Source: Ramazzottius varieornatus
Taxonomy: Eukaryota; Animalia; Tardigrada
DNA: 64,000 bases
Reading direction: 5' to 3'
NCBI GenBank assembly: GCA_001949185.1
Contig: BDGG01000001.1
Location: forward strand, 1,298,263-1,362,262
The notes beneath the pieces are model-generated. The model was not told the origin of the DNA. It made no database searches and saw nothing but the letters and a program-made list of their open reading frames with translations. The position numbers were made by a program, and so were the translations under genes. Position 1 is the first letter of the stretch. The number at the start of each line of letters is the position of its first letter. Of this stretch, positions 50,664-63,340 are shown in pieces.

Positions 50664-52271
50664 ATGGAAAGTGTTTCACGGACCCTGTGGACCAGGGTGT
50701 TTTTGGTGAGCGGAAGCATCCTTCTCTGTTTACATCGCAGTGACGCACTAGGCCAGCGACCATTCAGCGATGTTGGAGCTGCTGGTGCTCCTGGATACAG
50801 CTGCACACTGAGCACTGTGTGCTCTGAAACCCGCAGTTGTCCTGTCGGCTGCCGATGTACTCTTCGAGGGATTCCCTGCCTCTCTGGTAAAGTCTAGTAG
50901 TTACTTCATCCTTGTGCCTTCGGGAAAAAAATGTAGCTGCCTCTTGGATCTATGGCACAACTATGCCGTTGTATAGGTTCGGTGTGCTCGTCGTTTAGTG
51001 GAGCATCGTCCCCGCTCTTTTGTTTGTGCCCAACGAGCACGATTTTCGATTCTACCACTAACTCGTGTGTGGAAGTAACCGCTCCCACTGTCAGGCCTGA
51101 TCCTGGTCCAGCTCCCAATATTTCTGTAATCAACCCCAAAGTCCCCGGTCTGCAGGCGACCGTCCGGCGATGCTTCCAAACACCTCAACCTGATGATGAC
51201 GAGGAAACTCGTCGCCTGAATTTACGGCTAGTCGTAAGTTCAGACAATACATACTGTCTGAGGATTTCATACCCTAGAACCATAGCTTGAGGATGTCAGC
51301 CACTCTACTTGACAACGTGTGTGTTGTTTCAGGTGACAAACAGCGTTTCATTGGATTTCTGTGAGGTGAAAGTGGTGGAAACCTATCTCGGCATATCCAG
51401 AAAAAAACTACGAAAATTCAACAAATGTTCAAAACGTGACTTTTTAGTGGACGTCTCCGGTGTTCAGTTTGTTGATATCAACAAAGGACTGAAGTGGTTC
51501 GTTCTAACGCACGAAGGACCGCCCGAAGGACCGAGAGGCGGCTACCTTATTCAGCGTTACAGCATCACTTGTACCGGCAAAAATGGACTTACTTCCAACC
51601 CCGTTCAATTTGTCGTAAGTGCTGCTTTCACGACGGAGTGAGTGCTTTGATTGCTTTGCCTGCTGAAATCAAATCTTAGGAAATTTAGCGGTTCATTTGG
51701 TGTATTTCAGGTCGCATTTCCAAGCTGTGCGAACTGCAAGTTCCAACGTGATAGTTGTCCCGTTGATGAATCCCGCCCAGGCAGACAAGGAAACGGCTGC
51801 GAACGAGGGCGGGTAACACGTCCGCCAAGTGCCCGGCAGTGTCTGCAATTCTATTTCGGAAACAACGCACCCAAATGTCCTAAACTTTACTTGAGAACGG
51901 ATAGGCTAACTGTTACTGGAAGAAACACTGTGTCAGCTGTGATGGAGGGCAGCAGGTGGACACCTGATAGCTTTGACAACATAGTGCACAGCGCAGAAGT
52001 TCCGATGAACATTCAGCCCGAGAAACTCATGAACCAACTACAACAACTAGGACAGACCGAGGACGAAGATATCGTGACACAACCGCCGGAGCATCTAGTG
52101 GATGATGACCAGAACGATGAGGACGATACTACAGCGGACACCACAACAACAACCACAACACAAGCACCTATCGAACAAACAGATGACGAACAGGATGACG
52201 AAGAGGAAGAAACCACAACGCACACCCCAAACCACCAGGACAACGTGGACGATGACGACGGTGAAGAGTAG
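50664..52271 (+). CDS. Secreted Cys-rich protein with acidic D/E/T tail, paralog 1 (4 exons), unknown family
   Basis: Signal peptide; Cys-rich N-terminal module; GPPEGPRGGYLIQRYSITC; VAFPSCANCKFQRDSCP; TATAAAAG at 50568. Confidence 0.8.
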
Positions 52272-53861
52272 GAACCGATTTGCGCTTTTGAAGGGCCCAG
52301 TGGTTCATCGGTTAATTTAAACTGCTGTTTCCTTCTCCTGGATAGCAACCTAAGTTCAAGTTTACTGTATCTGCATCACGTGCAAGGAAGTTTTATAAAC
52401 AGACCTTATATCTCACGATGCCGTGTGGGGTTTTTCCGTAGGCTATTGAGGTGTGTGTGGCGTTGTTCACACTGTTATGATCTGCAGCATCACATTTCAA
52501 AACACCCATTTCGCTCGAAGCTATATATACGTTAAACCCACTCAGTTAAGTGCCTGTCCGCGGTGCTACTCGAAGATCCGATTGAGACCAACGAGCAAGG
52601 TAGTTGTTGACCGCAGGCTCATACTTCTGATCATTGTCTTCGCGATGGTTTGCATTGGCTCGTCGAAATCGATTAGTTAAGAGGAAAAGTCGCTAACCGC
52701 CGTCTCCTTTGCTCGCTGGGCCTGAAGATGTCCGCTCGAACGAACAATAGCGCTCGGAGACTAAGAAACTGACCAACGGCTGATTAATCATGTCCTGTGT
52801 AGCATTTTAAAATTTTTAAGGCCATTTCGTAGACGTGATTATGAAGCGAGAGTGCTGGATTGGGTGGATATGGCTAGGAATGGAGTTCTACATTTACTAT
52901 CAAAGTTTGAAACCGACCAGATGGTTAGTTCAAATGTTAGCCGGTTTCGGTACCTTCCATAATTTTCATAGTTTGCGGAAATGTGGATTATGGCGCGCAC
53001 CCGAATTCTACAACACTTGCTGCCTAAGTGGTGTATGCATCTCACAGGACCATCGGATAGCGAATTTTGGTATTCATCACCGAGAAATCCAGTGTTTTCC
53101 ACAGCTGGTAGGCAAAATCCTAGATCCTCTTAGTGATTTGTCTAATGCTTTATGCAGAATGTATGGTTTTCCTCTCCTTTGTTTTATTTAGTTTTTTCTG
53201 TGTACAGCACCGTATCTGCGCCTGTGGGCTAACCTCTAATATACGGTAAAGGAATCCTTTCAATAAAAATCATATTTCTTGTGGCTGCCTTTCATGCTGA
53301 AGAACTGGTCCCGGAATGGGCGTCGGCAGTAAAAGAAAATTCGAGGAGCCATTTTCGATTATGCCAAGACCACAGAATTGCTCAAAAAGTGTAGAAGATG
53401 ATGCGCCATTTTAACCAGCTCGTCACGACCGATGGCTTTCTCGCTTCACAAGGCCAGCTGCCCGTCGTTTCTACCCGACCCGAGAAGTGCTTCGAGTAAG
53501 TGCAACGTCTCCCGCAATCAGTTAGCATGGTTTTTCCATCAGATTCACTGTTTCCGCGTCATGTCCATGCGATTGTCGAACTCATTAACGTTAGTGGCCC
53601 AAAGCACTGTACATCGCTGTAACAACGATTGTAGAGCAAAATTCGTATAATTAGACGAATATATTATCATGACAATAGCGAACACCGAAAACCAGCGCTT
53701 AATTGCTACACATAATGCGCGACCTTAATTGCAGCGTCGCAACATGCTGCATCTTCCGTTGAAGACGCTCACAAGGCTCATAAACACAAGCACAATGGGC
53801 TTTTCAGTGTTGGTGTTTTTCTGACCATAAGTTGTGCATGAATGCGAAGCTGTCAGACGCG

Positions 53862-55637
53862 ATGAGGTTCGACGCTGTTTTCCTCTTCACCTTCGGAATA
53901 ATCGGTGTTGCTCTTATCCATGCGCTGGACATACGGCCCTTCGATCAGTTCGGGGATGATGTAATCAGTGCTGCAGGTTACACTTGCCCAGCTGCATGCA
54001 CCAGCACACGAAGTTGTAGGCCGGGTTGTGCCTGCTTCCTTCCGGATATCGCGTGTGCTGGTAAGACTATCCACCAACATACAGTAATCCCATGTTACAC
54101 CACTCTTTACCTGTTTGCTCTTTCCAATCCAGGTGGGGCAGTCTGCACCACGTTTCCCGGAGGCAGCCGCCAACTATTTTGCCTTTGCCCGGGGGGTACC
54201 AGACAAGTCGGTAGCAGCTGTGTTACAAACGGTACCGTCACACCTTCAACCACGCCAGCGACCACCAAAGCTCCCACCTGCAGTGGCTCCTTTTTTCAAC
54301 GCTGCTTCCCCAGGAATCGGTATCATTGCTATAAGTGTAAAAGACAGTCATTTTGCGAACTGACCAGCCCAGAAAATAGCTGCCCTTGCCAGTCGCGCAA
54401 ACGTCGAATATGCTTCATCATCAAGATTCGTTCAGGTGCAGCCGCTCTTTGGAGCAGCCAGAACAAACGACAGGTTGGAAGCACATCGGCGGTCACGATT
54501 GATAACTTGCCTGTAGTTATTCGCCAGTGCAGCCAGACCAGCAGGCCACAGGGCAGTGAAACCAGCAAGCTTAATCTGCGTATCGAGGTAACAGTGCGGA
54601 AAATTAGCAAAAAAACTTTTTTTTTCTGCGTGACTGAAAAGCTTGTTTGGATATTAGTTTGAGCCTGGAGTGGACGTCAGAAGCTGCACCACAAAACTCC
54701 GGGAGACTTTTCTTTTCATATCGGAGCGCGCCTTGAAGACACGCAATTTCTGCACCGCAAAAGACTTTCTGTATAACAACAGGGAAAACCATATCTCTAC
54801 CCGATCGTTTGTTGGGGTCAAAGTCAAAGAAAGCCTCGGACGGGGACAATTCTATCTGACCAGACCTGGACCACCGGAAGGACCTAAAGGCGGGTTCTTG
54901 GTTCAGCGTTACAGTGTTTATTGTACGAATACCGATAGCGAAAGATCCAACGCCGAAGACTTTTACGTAGGTCCAGTAACTCGTACATTACGATAAGCTT
55001 AAAGGTACACTTGCCAATATGTTCTCAGAATTTATCAGATCGCGACATGAGTTTTTAGGTGGCGTTCCCCAGCTGCCGATCGTGCAGGTTTCAGCGTCGT
55101 GACGATAACTGTCCTGATGCAAAGCGTCACCCCCGACGGGCAGGAAACGGTTGCAGGGACGACGGTTTGCGCCTTGGCGGATCGGACGACGATACATCTG
55201 CTGCCATCACGCCCTGCCTGCCGTTTTTCGGTTGTACTCCCGATCCAAACGACATCATTACACTAAGCGATGAACCTCGAGACGGACCCATCCAGTCTGC
55301 AGACTTCGAGGACTTTGACAACGAGCCCTCGGGGGATGACCAGCTGGACGACTCTGCATCGGATGATGCGCAGTCCAGAAAGGCGGAAGTTTCCCTCGTG
55401 ACTACCACGGAGCAATCAAGCCAAGCCGAAGAGGACAGTGCCACATCGCAGCTAGGAGCAGCCGATACCGACGAAGACAGCGAAGATACCGCTGCTGATG
55501 CAGACGCAGCATCTACCGCATCTCAAGCATTCGCTGAGAGCAACAAGTTCGAGTCCTCCGACAACGGAGCCGAAGTCAGCGGGTCAGTGAAGAGCCAGTC
55601 GTCGTTCGAAGAGTCTTCGTCATCGGAAGACAAGTAA
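53862..55637 (+). CDS. Secreted Cys-rich protein with acidic D/E/S tail, paralog 2 (4 exons), unknown family
   Basis: Signal peptide MRFDAVFLFTFGIIGVALIHA; GPPEGPKGGFLVQRYSVYC; VAFPSCRSCRFQRRDDNCP; same intron positions as paralog 1. Confidence 0.8.
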
Positions 55638-56534
55638 CGGAACCGATGCTGGTCATTTAGCGGTTGCCGGTCTAAACTTCATGTACTATGTCAAATTACG
55701 AACTTGATCATGTATATGGCGGGGGATCATCATCATGGCGCAGTAATAGTTCCATCAAATAAAGTTTCTGTGTGTTTGGGTGTTGCCTGTGTGTACTATT
55801 CATTCTCCCATTATTACAGGGTATTACACGAACAAGTTGTCAGAAGACCTATGATAAGATCCCCGCGTTCTCTGCTCCAAATCTGTCAGCCGGACGCAAA
55901 GACTGCATTGTATGAATTCTCGTTAAAAGCCGGAATGGGCAAACCATGTGATTGTGATACCGCCGCGGGAAGCTTGTAACCTACTCAGTAGCGAAGTCCA
56001 TTAGCTCCACTTAACACTGAACTGTGCCAGTAGTCAACCTCACCAACATGCGCCGGTGTATACGTAGGCGCACGTTGGTCCACTGACCACCCACCCTTCA
56101 CGGACAGTTTATTGATTTCACCATTCATTAGTTCGTTGAAACTATTTGCACGCCGAAAACCTTTTGAAGTAAAAACAATCGTGCCACCAATGGCACGCGA
56201 TATGCCACCTGTTTCTCATGGTAGAACACTTAACTTTTGCAAACGCTGACATAGTGGCTGAGTATCGATCTCCAAGATCCACGCTGGCATGAAACATGTC
56301 CACTAGACGGTAGGATAACCATTTTGAACGCATCCCCTTCAAAAAAATTTCACACAGAGACATGATCACCCAAAAAAGGAAAAGAGCTTCGGGATATTGT
56401 GGTGAGTTTCCTCACCTTGCCCAGGAATCGATGCCGGCAACGCCGAAGATTCCGCTCACTGAGCTCTTTGCACGTCGAAGGACCGCCGCTTTCTCCGTGA
56501 GGGCTCCTTCCGCCCAGGGCGTAAGCGGCGATTA

Positions 56535-57070
56535 GAACATCGGTGTATCGCTCTTTCCTGGCCAGAAGTTTGTTTCACCCTGTGGCAAGGCGGAACTATA
56601 AGCATGACTATGCAAGGCAACTCGATTCTGGTCAACATGTCCACCGAAGAAATCATCTTCCAGACGAGAATGAAGGGATATCGTGCCAGATGAAACCGAA
56701 CAGGAACTTTGTCATGTACGATCGAAACACGAATCCTCTCTGGGCCAAAGGAGTAAGACACCCGAATCTGTGAAATTGCTGTGGTTGTGATGTTGATGAT
56801 TCCCCAGCGGAAAAACTCATGTTGCTGCTCTTTTTGCAGACCGACCATTGTAGCTGCGAGTTTGGAGCAGTATATTTGGCCGTGCAGGACAATAGAAATT
56901 TTGCAGTGCTCATAAAGGCGAGAGAACCTGTCTGGAGTACAGAAGATTCACTGGTCGGCAGAGTTCTCGGGGAGATGGAAACTAAGGATACCGTCATCGT
57001 CGATGTTCCAGGTGGTGATAAATCTTTCTCCTTGATGTTCTTAATGCCAACGCTGTTACATGTATACTGA
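56535..57070 (+). pseudogene. Bulb-type (B-type, GNA-like) lectin, frameshifted
   Basis: Reconstructed as SLFPGQKFVSPCGKAEL / MTMQGNSILV / MKPNRNFVMYDRNTNPLWAKG|TD...LAVQDNRNFAVLIKAREPVWST, giving three degenerate QxDxNxVxY repeats. One intron and two frameshifts. Confidence 0.6.
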
Positions 57071-57306
57071 GCTAGGAGTGGATTTGACCCTGTCATTCTT
57101 TTGGTACTAGAAAGTTCGAGAGCAGTTTCTTTCGTTCCGTACCCATTCGTACTAGTAACGTTTTTGCTATTATGAGCCAGAGAGCAGTAGAAATTTATGA
57201 ACCACTGATATACGGGAACATCGACGACAAAGTTGCAGGACGCCATGACGAGATTGCGATTCAACTACACTAGATTTTTCCACAAAATGAATTTTATACA
57301 TTTAGC

Positions 57307-58246
57307 TCAAGTAGTTCGTATATAGCCAGCGGCGCTGTGGTTCTTTGGATGGCAAATCCAGCATTTGCATCGCCGAGTTGCGATGACTTGGTAAACGACA
57401 GCTAGAACGTTGAGCAGAAGAGCGAGGACCAACAAGCACAAGGTGATGAAGGCCGTGATGACGGTGAAGCGTTGCGGAAGTGAGGAATTGCACAGGAGGG
57501 GATACAATGACAGCGTGATACCGTAGGCGGTGATACCGATGCCGTTAGCGAAGGGCAACAGCGAGCAGTTAACCATGAAGTACGATCGGCGGAGCCAGCT
57601 GTGCCAACCGTCGTCGATACCGCGCTTGTTAGCCAGGGAACCCATCAGTCCGCAGAGGACGTTGAGAAGACCGATCCAGGTACCGTACCACAGCCAGTCC
57701 ACACCGTCGGTCAAAAAGAGACCACAGGTGAACAGCGGATAGTGGCCTACGAAAAACTCGTGAATACGGAAAAGAAATAAGTACCTGTTCGTGTGACAGG
57801 GAGCATATTGGGTTCTAGTCCGGTGAAGGTACATGAGGAACAGGGAACCGTTTATTCGGTTTTGTTTAACGATGAGCCGATTTTCGGCAGCCCAACATTT
57901 TTCGCTACTTACTGTACATGTTGACAGCCATGGTCACGAGCCCCACGATGAGCTGCAGGTACGCCAGCAGACGCCATCTGGTGTGAAATAGACACTTATA
58001 GCTCGAAGCTGCGAACTGCTTATCGCTGGCAGTGGCGGAGTTCTTGCGGGGACCTGCTCGATCCAATATACCATCACTGCTGTCACGGCGGTTATTTCCG
58101 CCCATGTTGAAGCTGAGCTGGGAGAGAGCCACCGAATCTTGCCGCATGGATATCTGGCCTTGCAGTGGATGCATTAAAGGATCCCGTTTCATGGCAGAAC
58201 CAGCTTGACGGGTCTGCGGCGCGAACGTCAGCTTCTTATGTTCCAT
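57307..58246 (-). CDS. Four-TM MS4A/CD20-like membrane protein
   Basis: Cytoplasmic N-terminus, TM1 LLAYLQLIVGLV, TM2 GTWIGLLNVLCGLMG, two further TM segments and a Cys-containing C-tail. Intron(s) lie at about 57750-57910. Confidence 0.65.
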
Positions 58247-59555
58247 ACTGAAGTATCTGCAAACAAACTAATCCGATAGAAAGGCGCCAGTACTTGTTTT
58301 TAACCGTACAGCGGACCAACGCACCTTTTGAAATATCTCGATATCAAAAAGAATCCTGAAAAGTAATAGTAATTTGGGTGAGCTTTCAGATGAACCGATT
58401 ATTAGTGCAACGGATGAAATGATAACGAGTTTGTGGAAGCGGAAATATCGACCAGGATTCACGGGATACGAGCTAAGCCAACATCTGCATGAATTGTATT
58501 GAACGCATTGTGCAGCAAAAAACGCGAGACCTGGGTTTTGACTTGCACACTTGAATGTAGTGTGGAGCTACTAACAAGCAGGAAGGAAGACGATATATAC
58601 TGGTTGTGAAGGATGGAGGGAAACCGATACAGAGCGGAAGACCATGAGCGGTCTGTGTATGGAGAAGTACGACTGGATGCCAGCTTACGTCGGGAGGTGG
58701 TACCATAGCACGCAGTGAAGCCGGAAAAGTAGGTCTTGGCATGCAGTCAACTGACTCCATGTCGGTTTCCTATGTATCGATCTTGGTTGAGCTTGCGGTC
58801 CGTGGATGTTATTTAATGAGTCTCTGACGACCAGTTACTGTAAGCCGGCAAGAGAATTACACGCTTTTAAATTGGTTGATATGAAACTGCGATGCTATTT
58901 TTCTGCAGTCGTTAACGCCCACATAATTGGAATGTGTACGCATGGTACAGTAGACACCTCAGTATATATACTGTACGTACAACGTGGTCGTAAATTTTTA
59001 AAGTACAAATTTTCTGCAGGGCCTCGCTCGGATCAAGTATGGTAAGTCGTGAAAGTCTGCACGGTGTTCGGAAATTTTGAGATCGCTCGAACATTTCTTG
59101 TCTCGGATACCGCTGTGTACAAAAAGTCGGAAAAGGAAAGAAGCCGAAGGAAGAGAACACTTTTGCCTAGTGTATCACCTACGTGCGCGGAACTAAAATT
59201 GATTCACAGAACAAGGAACCAACGACAGTGAAGGCAGATTCTGGCTTCACCACCCGTTACCTCGTACTTAGAACGCGAAAATTGAGCTCTGAAATTGGGC
59301 GTTAGATGGAGCCAGATGGATGCAGCCAATCGGATTTGCGCATTCGGTAAACAGTAATTACATTTCTTCTCGTATCTGACATTTTTCTTTATAGTCACTC
59401 AAATCAGAACCCTAATAACCACGTAACATGCGTTGATAGTGCACAATGGTTCCATATCACACACGGCATTTTTCGAACTATTGATAGAGTACCAGCAGCA
59501 ACGAAATAGAGTAGTAGCGAACACGAATGTGCGTGGTGGTCTCAGGAACGTAAAA

Positions 59556-61178
59556 ATGGCCACGCCGATCCTTTTTGTAAAGTTCGGTCTAGTGCTCATC
59601 CTTCTTTCGTTGTTAGCGCCGAAGTCAGACTGCGCTGAGTACGTTCTAACTCCGGACGACAACTCTTTCCTCGACGACCTCCAGGAGCGAGCCTTTCGGT
59701 TCTTCTATGAGCACAGCAACCCCGTGAACGGTCTGACGCTGGACCGGGCATTTACTGATGGGAGACCTCCTCATGGCAAGGACAGTCACACCAACATTGC
59801 CAGCACGGCATGTACAGGTTACGCTCTTGTGGCCTATTGTATTGGGGTAGAACGTGGATGGATCACTAGGGCGGAGGCCATCGCCCGAACGACAGCTACC
59901 CTCACTCACTTCGCCCATCACGCCTACAATATCCACGGCTGGTTCTACCACTGGATCAACCAAGCAACGGGCGAACGAGAATGGAAATCGGAAATCTCGT
60001 CCATTGATACCGCCTTACTGCTAGGGGGTATCCTGACGGTTCGCCAGTATTTTGCAGAAGATAAGAACATAGTTTGTCTAGCCACTGAAATCTACGAAAG
60101 AGTCGATTTTCAGTGGATGTTGAATGGACACAAGAGTTGGCTGTCCCATGGATGGATACCGGCTGGGGTGGGCTGGGATAACGAACCGCACCCAGATAAA
60201 TTTCTGGAGAGCCGCTGGACAGACTATTCGGAGCAGACCATGCTGAACTTGTTGGCCATTGCGTCACCTAAATACCCCATAGACTGGAAAACATGGTACG
60301 GTATTTCAAAGCAGTCACACCGGCTCGCTCCTTGAAAAGATCGATGTAGTTACGAGCTCGTGAGTTAACTTCGGATTGGTGGTGTTTCTTCAGGTATGAC
60401 TTGAAAAGAAACTTTACCGAGTACGGTGGTTACAAATTCATGGCTGCTGTTCCTCCACTCTTTATTCACCAGTACTCGCATGCCTTTTTCGACTACCGAA
60501 ACAAACGCGAGCGCTATGAACAGTTCAACATGGATTACTTCCAGAACTCCATCACGGCAACCGAAGCGCAACGAGCTTTCTTCATGAGCGAGGAAACCCG
60601 CAAGGACTTTCCTACGTACAGCGAAAACATTTGGGGAATGACGGCTTCCGACACCGCGGCAGGGTACGATCCACTTTTTCTTCATGAGTCGGTTAACACC
60701 ATCGAAGGCCGATCAGTTACAGTATGTTTACAGGTACAGAGCATGGGGCGCTCCACCGCGCGATCCCGAAATGAACGGGACAGTGGTGCCATGTGCGGCT
60801 GGTGGGTCGTTGATGTTTGCGCCTGAAATCACTCTATCGGCCCTGAAAGCCATGAAGAGCCAGTACGGAGAGTCCATGGGTATCTATAAACGCTACGGAT
60901 TCACCGATGCTTTTAATCCAGATCCCCGTGCCAATTGGGTTAATCAGTACGTCCTTGGTATTGATGTGGGTATCACACTGCTGTCGGCGGAAAATCTTCG
61001 AACGGGAAACGTATGGAAATGGTTCATGACGAACCCCGAAGCCACAAATGCCTTAAAAATGGTCCGAATTTTGCCAAGCGGGACAGACCCTGCTCCCTCG
61101 TCGGCTACCACAATAAAGCCAATCTTCGCTCTGGTTATCGTACTGCTTGAATTGTGGCATGCTACAAGTACTATGTAG
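59556..61178 (+). CDS. Bacterial-type glycoside hydrolase of the 'glycoamylase' (PF10091)/GH144 beta-1,2-glucanase-like family; secreted with GPI-like tail; exons 59556-60295, 60394-60663, 60734-61178
   Basis: Motifs FLDDLQERAFRFF, GVERGWITR, HGWFYHW, EISSIDTALL, RWTDYSE, PLFIHQYSHAF, WGMTASD, GTVVPCAAGGS, YGFTDAFN and GIDVGITLLSAEN. Two GT-AG introns join in frame. Confidence 0.9.
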
Positions 61179-61394
61179 ATTTTTGTGTTTTTATGTCTGC
61201 TGAAAGTGATCATTGAAAGTGGTTGGTTTCGACATTATCCGCGTTTCGAGGCTTTGGCAGATTGAGAGCTCGTTAGACTATATCACTTGAAGTAAGGTGG
61301 AATAAGCGTGCTGCACGGAATGCTTTGTAGTGTGATAAGCCACCACATGGACAGACCAGCTCTGACCTGGCGCCTGAAAGATAAGACCGCTTTG

Positions 61395-63340
61395 TCAGAG
61401 GTTTGTGTCTGTGAATTGATTATTGTTTCCTGACGGCGCTGACCTGAAGGTTACGAACCCTCCGACGGTCAGAACGATCATTGTCAAGATGGCAGCCGAT
61501 ACCGCCACGGTGACACTGTAGGTCCGCCAACTTTGCTGAGCAGGAGTGCATGGACCTTCGAATCCCGAAAACCCGCAACGCGGCACATCAGGCGGCCAAG
61601 CAGTGGACTGATTAACTTTTCCAAGCGAGCTTTTGTCGAGCCATATGTAGGAGTGACTTGTTGGGTCGTAGCTGGCAGACAGCTAAACACATGAAGCGGC
61701 TGTACTACTCCAGATTATCAGTCGTTCAGGACCATTCAGGACCCAGAAGACCGTGTGACTAACCTGCATCTTCTGCGTGGATAAATCAAACGTGAAAATG
61801 CGTAGCTCGGCTGGACGGGACCCGCTTTCGTCAATGTAAGTCGGTCCCAGAGTCAAGTCGAAGGTGCGATTTCGTATGCTTTGGCGTAAGCGACGTCCGC
61901 TACAGGCTGAACCAGTTCGGCCCATATTTCGTAGATCTAATAATGTCTCATTGACCATGGCCGCGAAAATTTCTACACTGTTGAGGGTCTCTCGTGTTGT
62001 GTACAGATCGAGGGGTGAGGTTCCGTTTTCGTAGGTGGCGTTGTACAGTTTCATGGATTGCTCGGCAAGCTTCTGTCCCAGCAGGTGGTATTGTCCGTCC
62101 GCAATTTTCGTGGTGATCACGATGACGGTATGATACATTAGCGGATCCTTTCCCAGAGAAAGTCAGCCCATAAACAGATCGAGACTGGTGACCGGATAAA
62201 AATCAGCCATTCTTACCTTAGGCGGGGGGTGATCGAACCATTCCACGTGACCATAGAGATTTGATTGGACTGATTGTACTACGACGAACGCCTGCAAAAG
62301 CGTAGTCTTGTCAATAGCATGCATGTGCAGGATCGAGCTGGGGAGCTTACGTAATCTTGGCAGGATATATTTAGACTTCTTCCATTCCTCTGCAATAATG
62401 CTCTTTACGGGATATTTTAGGGCTTTTCGTAACATTTATAGTATTTTATACAATCAGCTTACCAATACTCTTAGCGCCGTTTTCGTGTCGGACAAGATGA
62501 AAATCACTGTAATGGCAACATACTGTAAGGAATTGCTTTGTTCGCTTACTTCGATAGCCCGATCGTGGCAGTTCTTTACGAAGACCCTTTATCACGAAGC
62601 AAATTGAAAGTGGACGGATGGGGAACCGGACCCCAGCATGCTGCTTACATGGCGAGCACTCGCACCAATGGGCCATGCAAGCTATGAACTGCTTCGTGAC
62701 TATTCTTACCTAGGCCCCTTTGCGTACTAAGTAAATCAGTCCTTACACACCTTTGGGCGAGGTCAGTCCGGAGTATTCGGGGACAAGTGCACGTACACAT
62801 GTGGGTGGTTACTAAAAGTTCATATTGCATAAGCGATATGCTTACCTCTACTCCTAGCCTGCGCGCTCTGTAAGCTTCCGGAGATAGTAGCTTCGTCAGA
62901 ACCATCAAAGTTTAGTATCGCGACTGAGTAAGGCCAGCTACTGCTGGATAAGCTAGCTGCCAATATTTCATTTGCCAACAACCGGTAGAAATCTGTCGAC
63001 ACTACGGAGTGGTCCAGTAAAAGCGACACGTGGTGCCAGTCAAAATTTTGTGTCAGTTTCAAGGCCGCTTGCCCAAAGCTCTTGTACGTTCCCACCATGG
63101 GAACTGCAGTTGGTGCTACTCGGTCGTTGAAGGTTTCTGCCGGCGCTACCGCCCTAAAAACTTCACAGGTGAAACAGTGTACACAGGTTAACCGTCGTAA
63201 TTTGCCAGTACTCACGATGAGAATAAGAGAACATCCCAGCCTAGAAATTCACAGCGTCATAACATTCTGTATCGAGTACGGCCGGGAGACACGATTCACC
63301 TGCCGCAAGAAGTGGAGAAACGATTTGCCCACCGCAGCCT
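61395..63340 (-). CDS. ANF-receptor ligand-binding-domain single-pass receptor lacking kinase/cyclase (NPR-C-like); 5' end unresolved
   Basis: Motifs WDVLLFSS, FDWHHVSLLLD, ARSR|VIFILS, SGRRLRQSIRNRTFDLTLGPTYIDESGSR and WPPDVPRCGF..GPC, then one TM segment and a stop about 16 aa later. Confidence 0.75.
62611..62682 (-). other. tRNA-derived pseudogene or SINE head in an intron
   Basis: Minus strand shows an A-box-like TGGCCCATTGG, then gctcgcc, then a perfect T-arm tgggg-tccggtt-cccca. The acceptor and anticodon stems are not intact. Confidence 0.4.

Noticed and set aside
56653-57264. 203-aa minus-strand ORF
   Set aside because: It is antisense to the lectin-like remnant and has no motifs of its own.
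59556-61178. Bacterial contaminant contig
   Set aside because: It has in-frame spliceosomal introns, eukaryotic targeting signals and continuous animal flanking genes.
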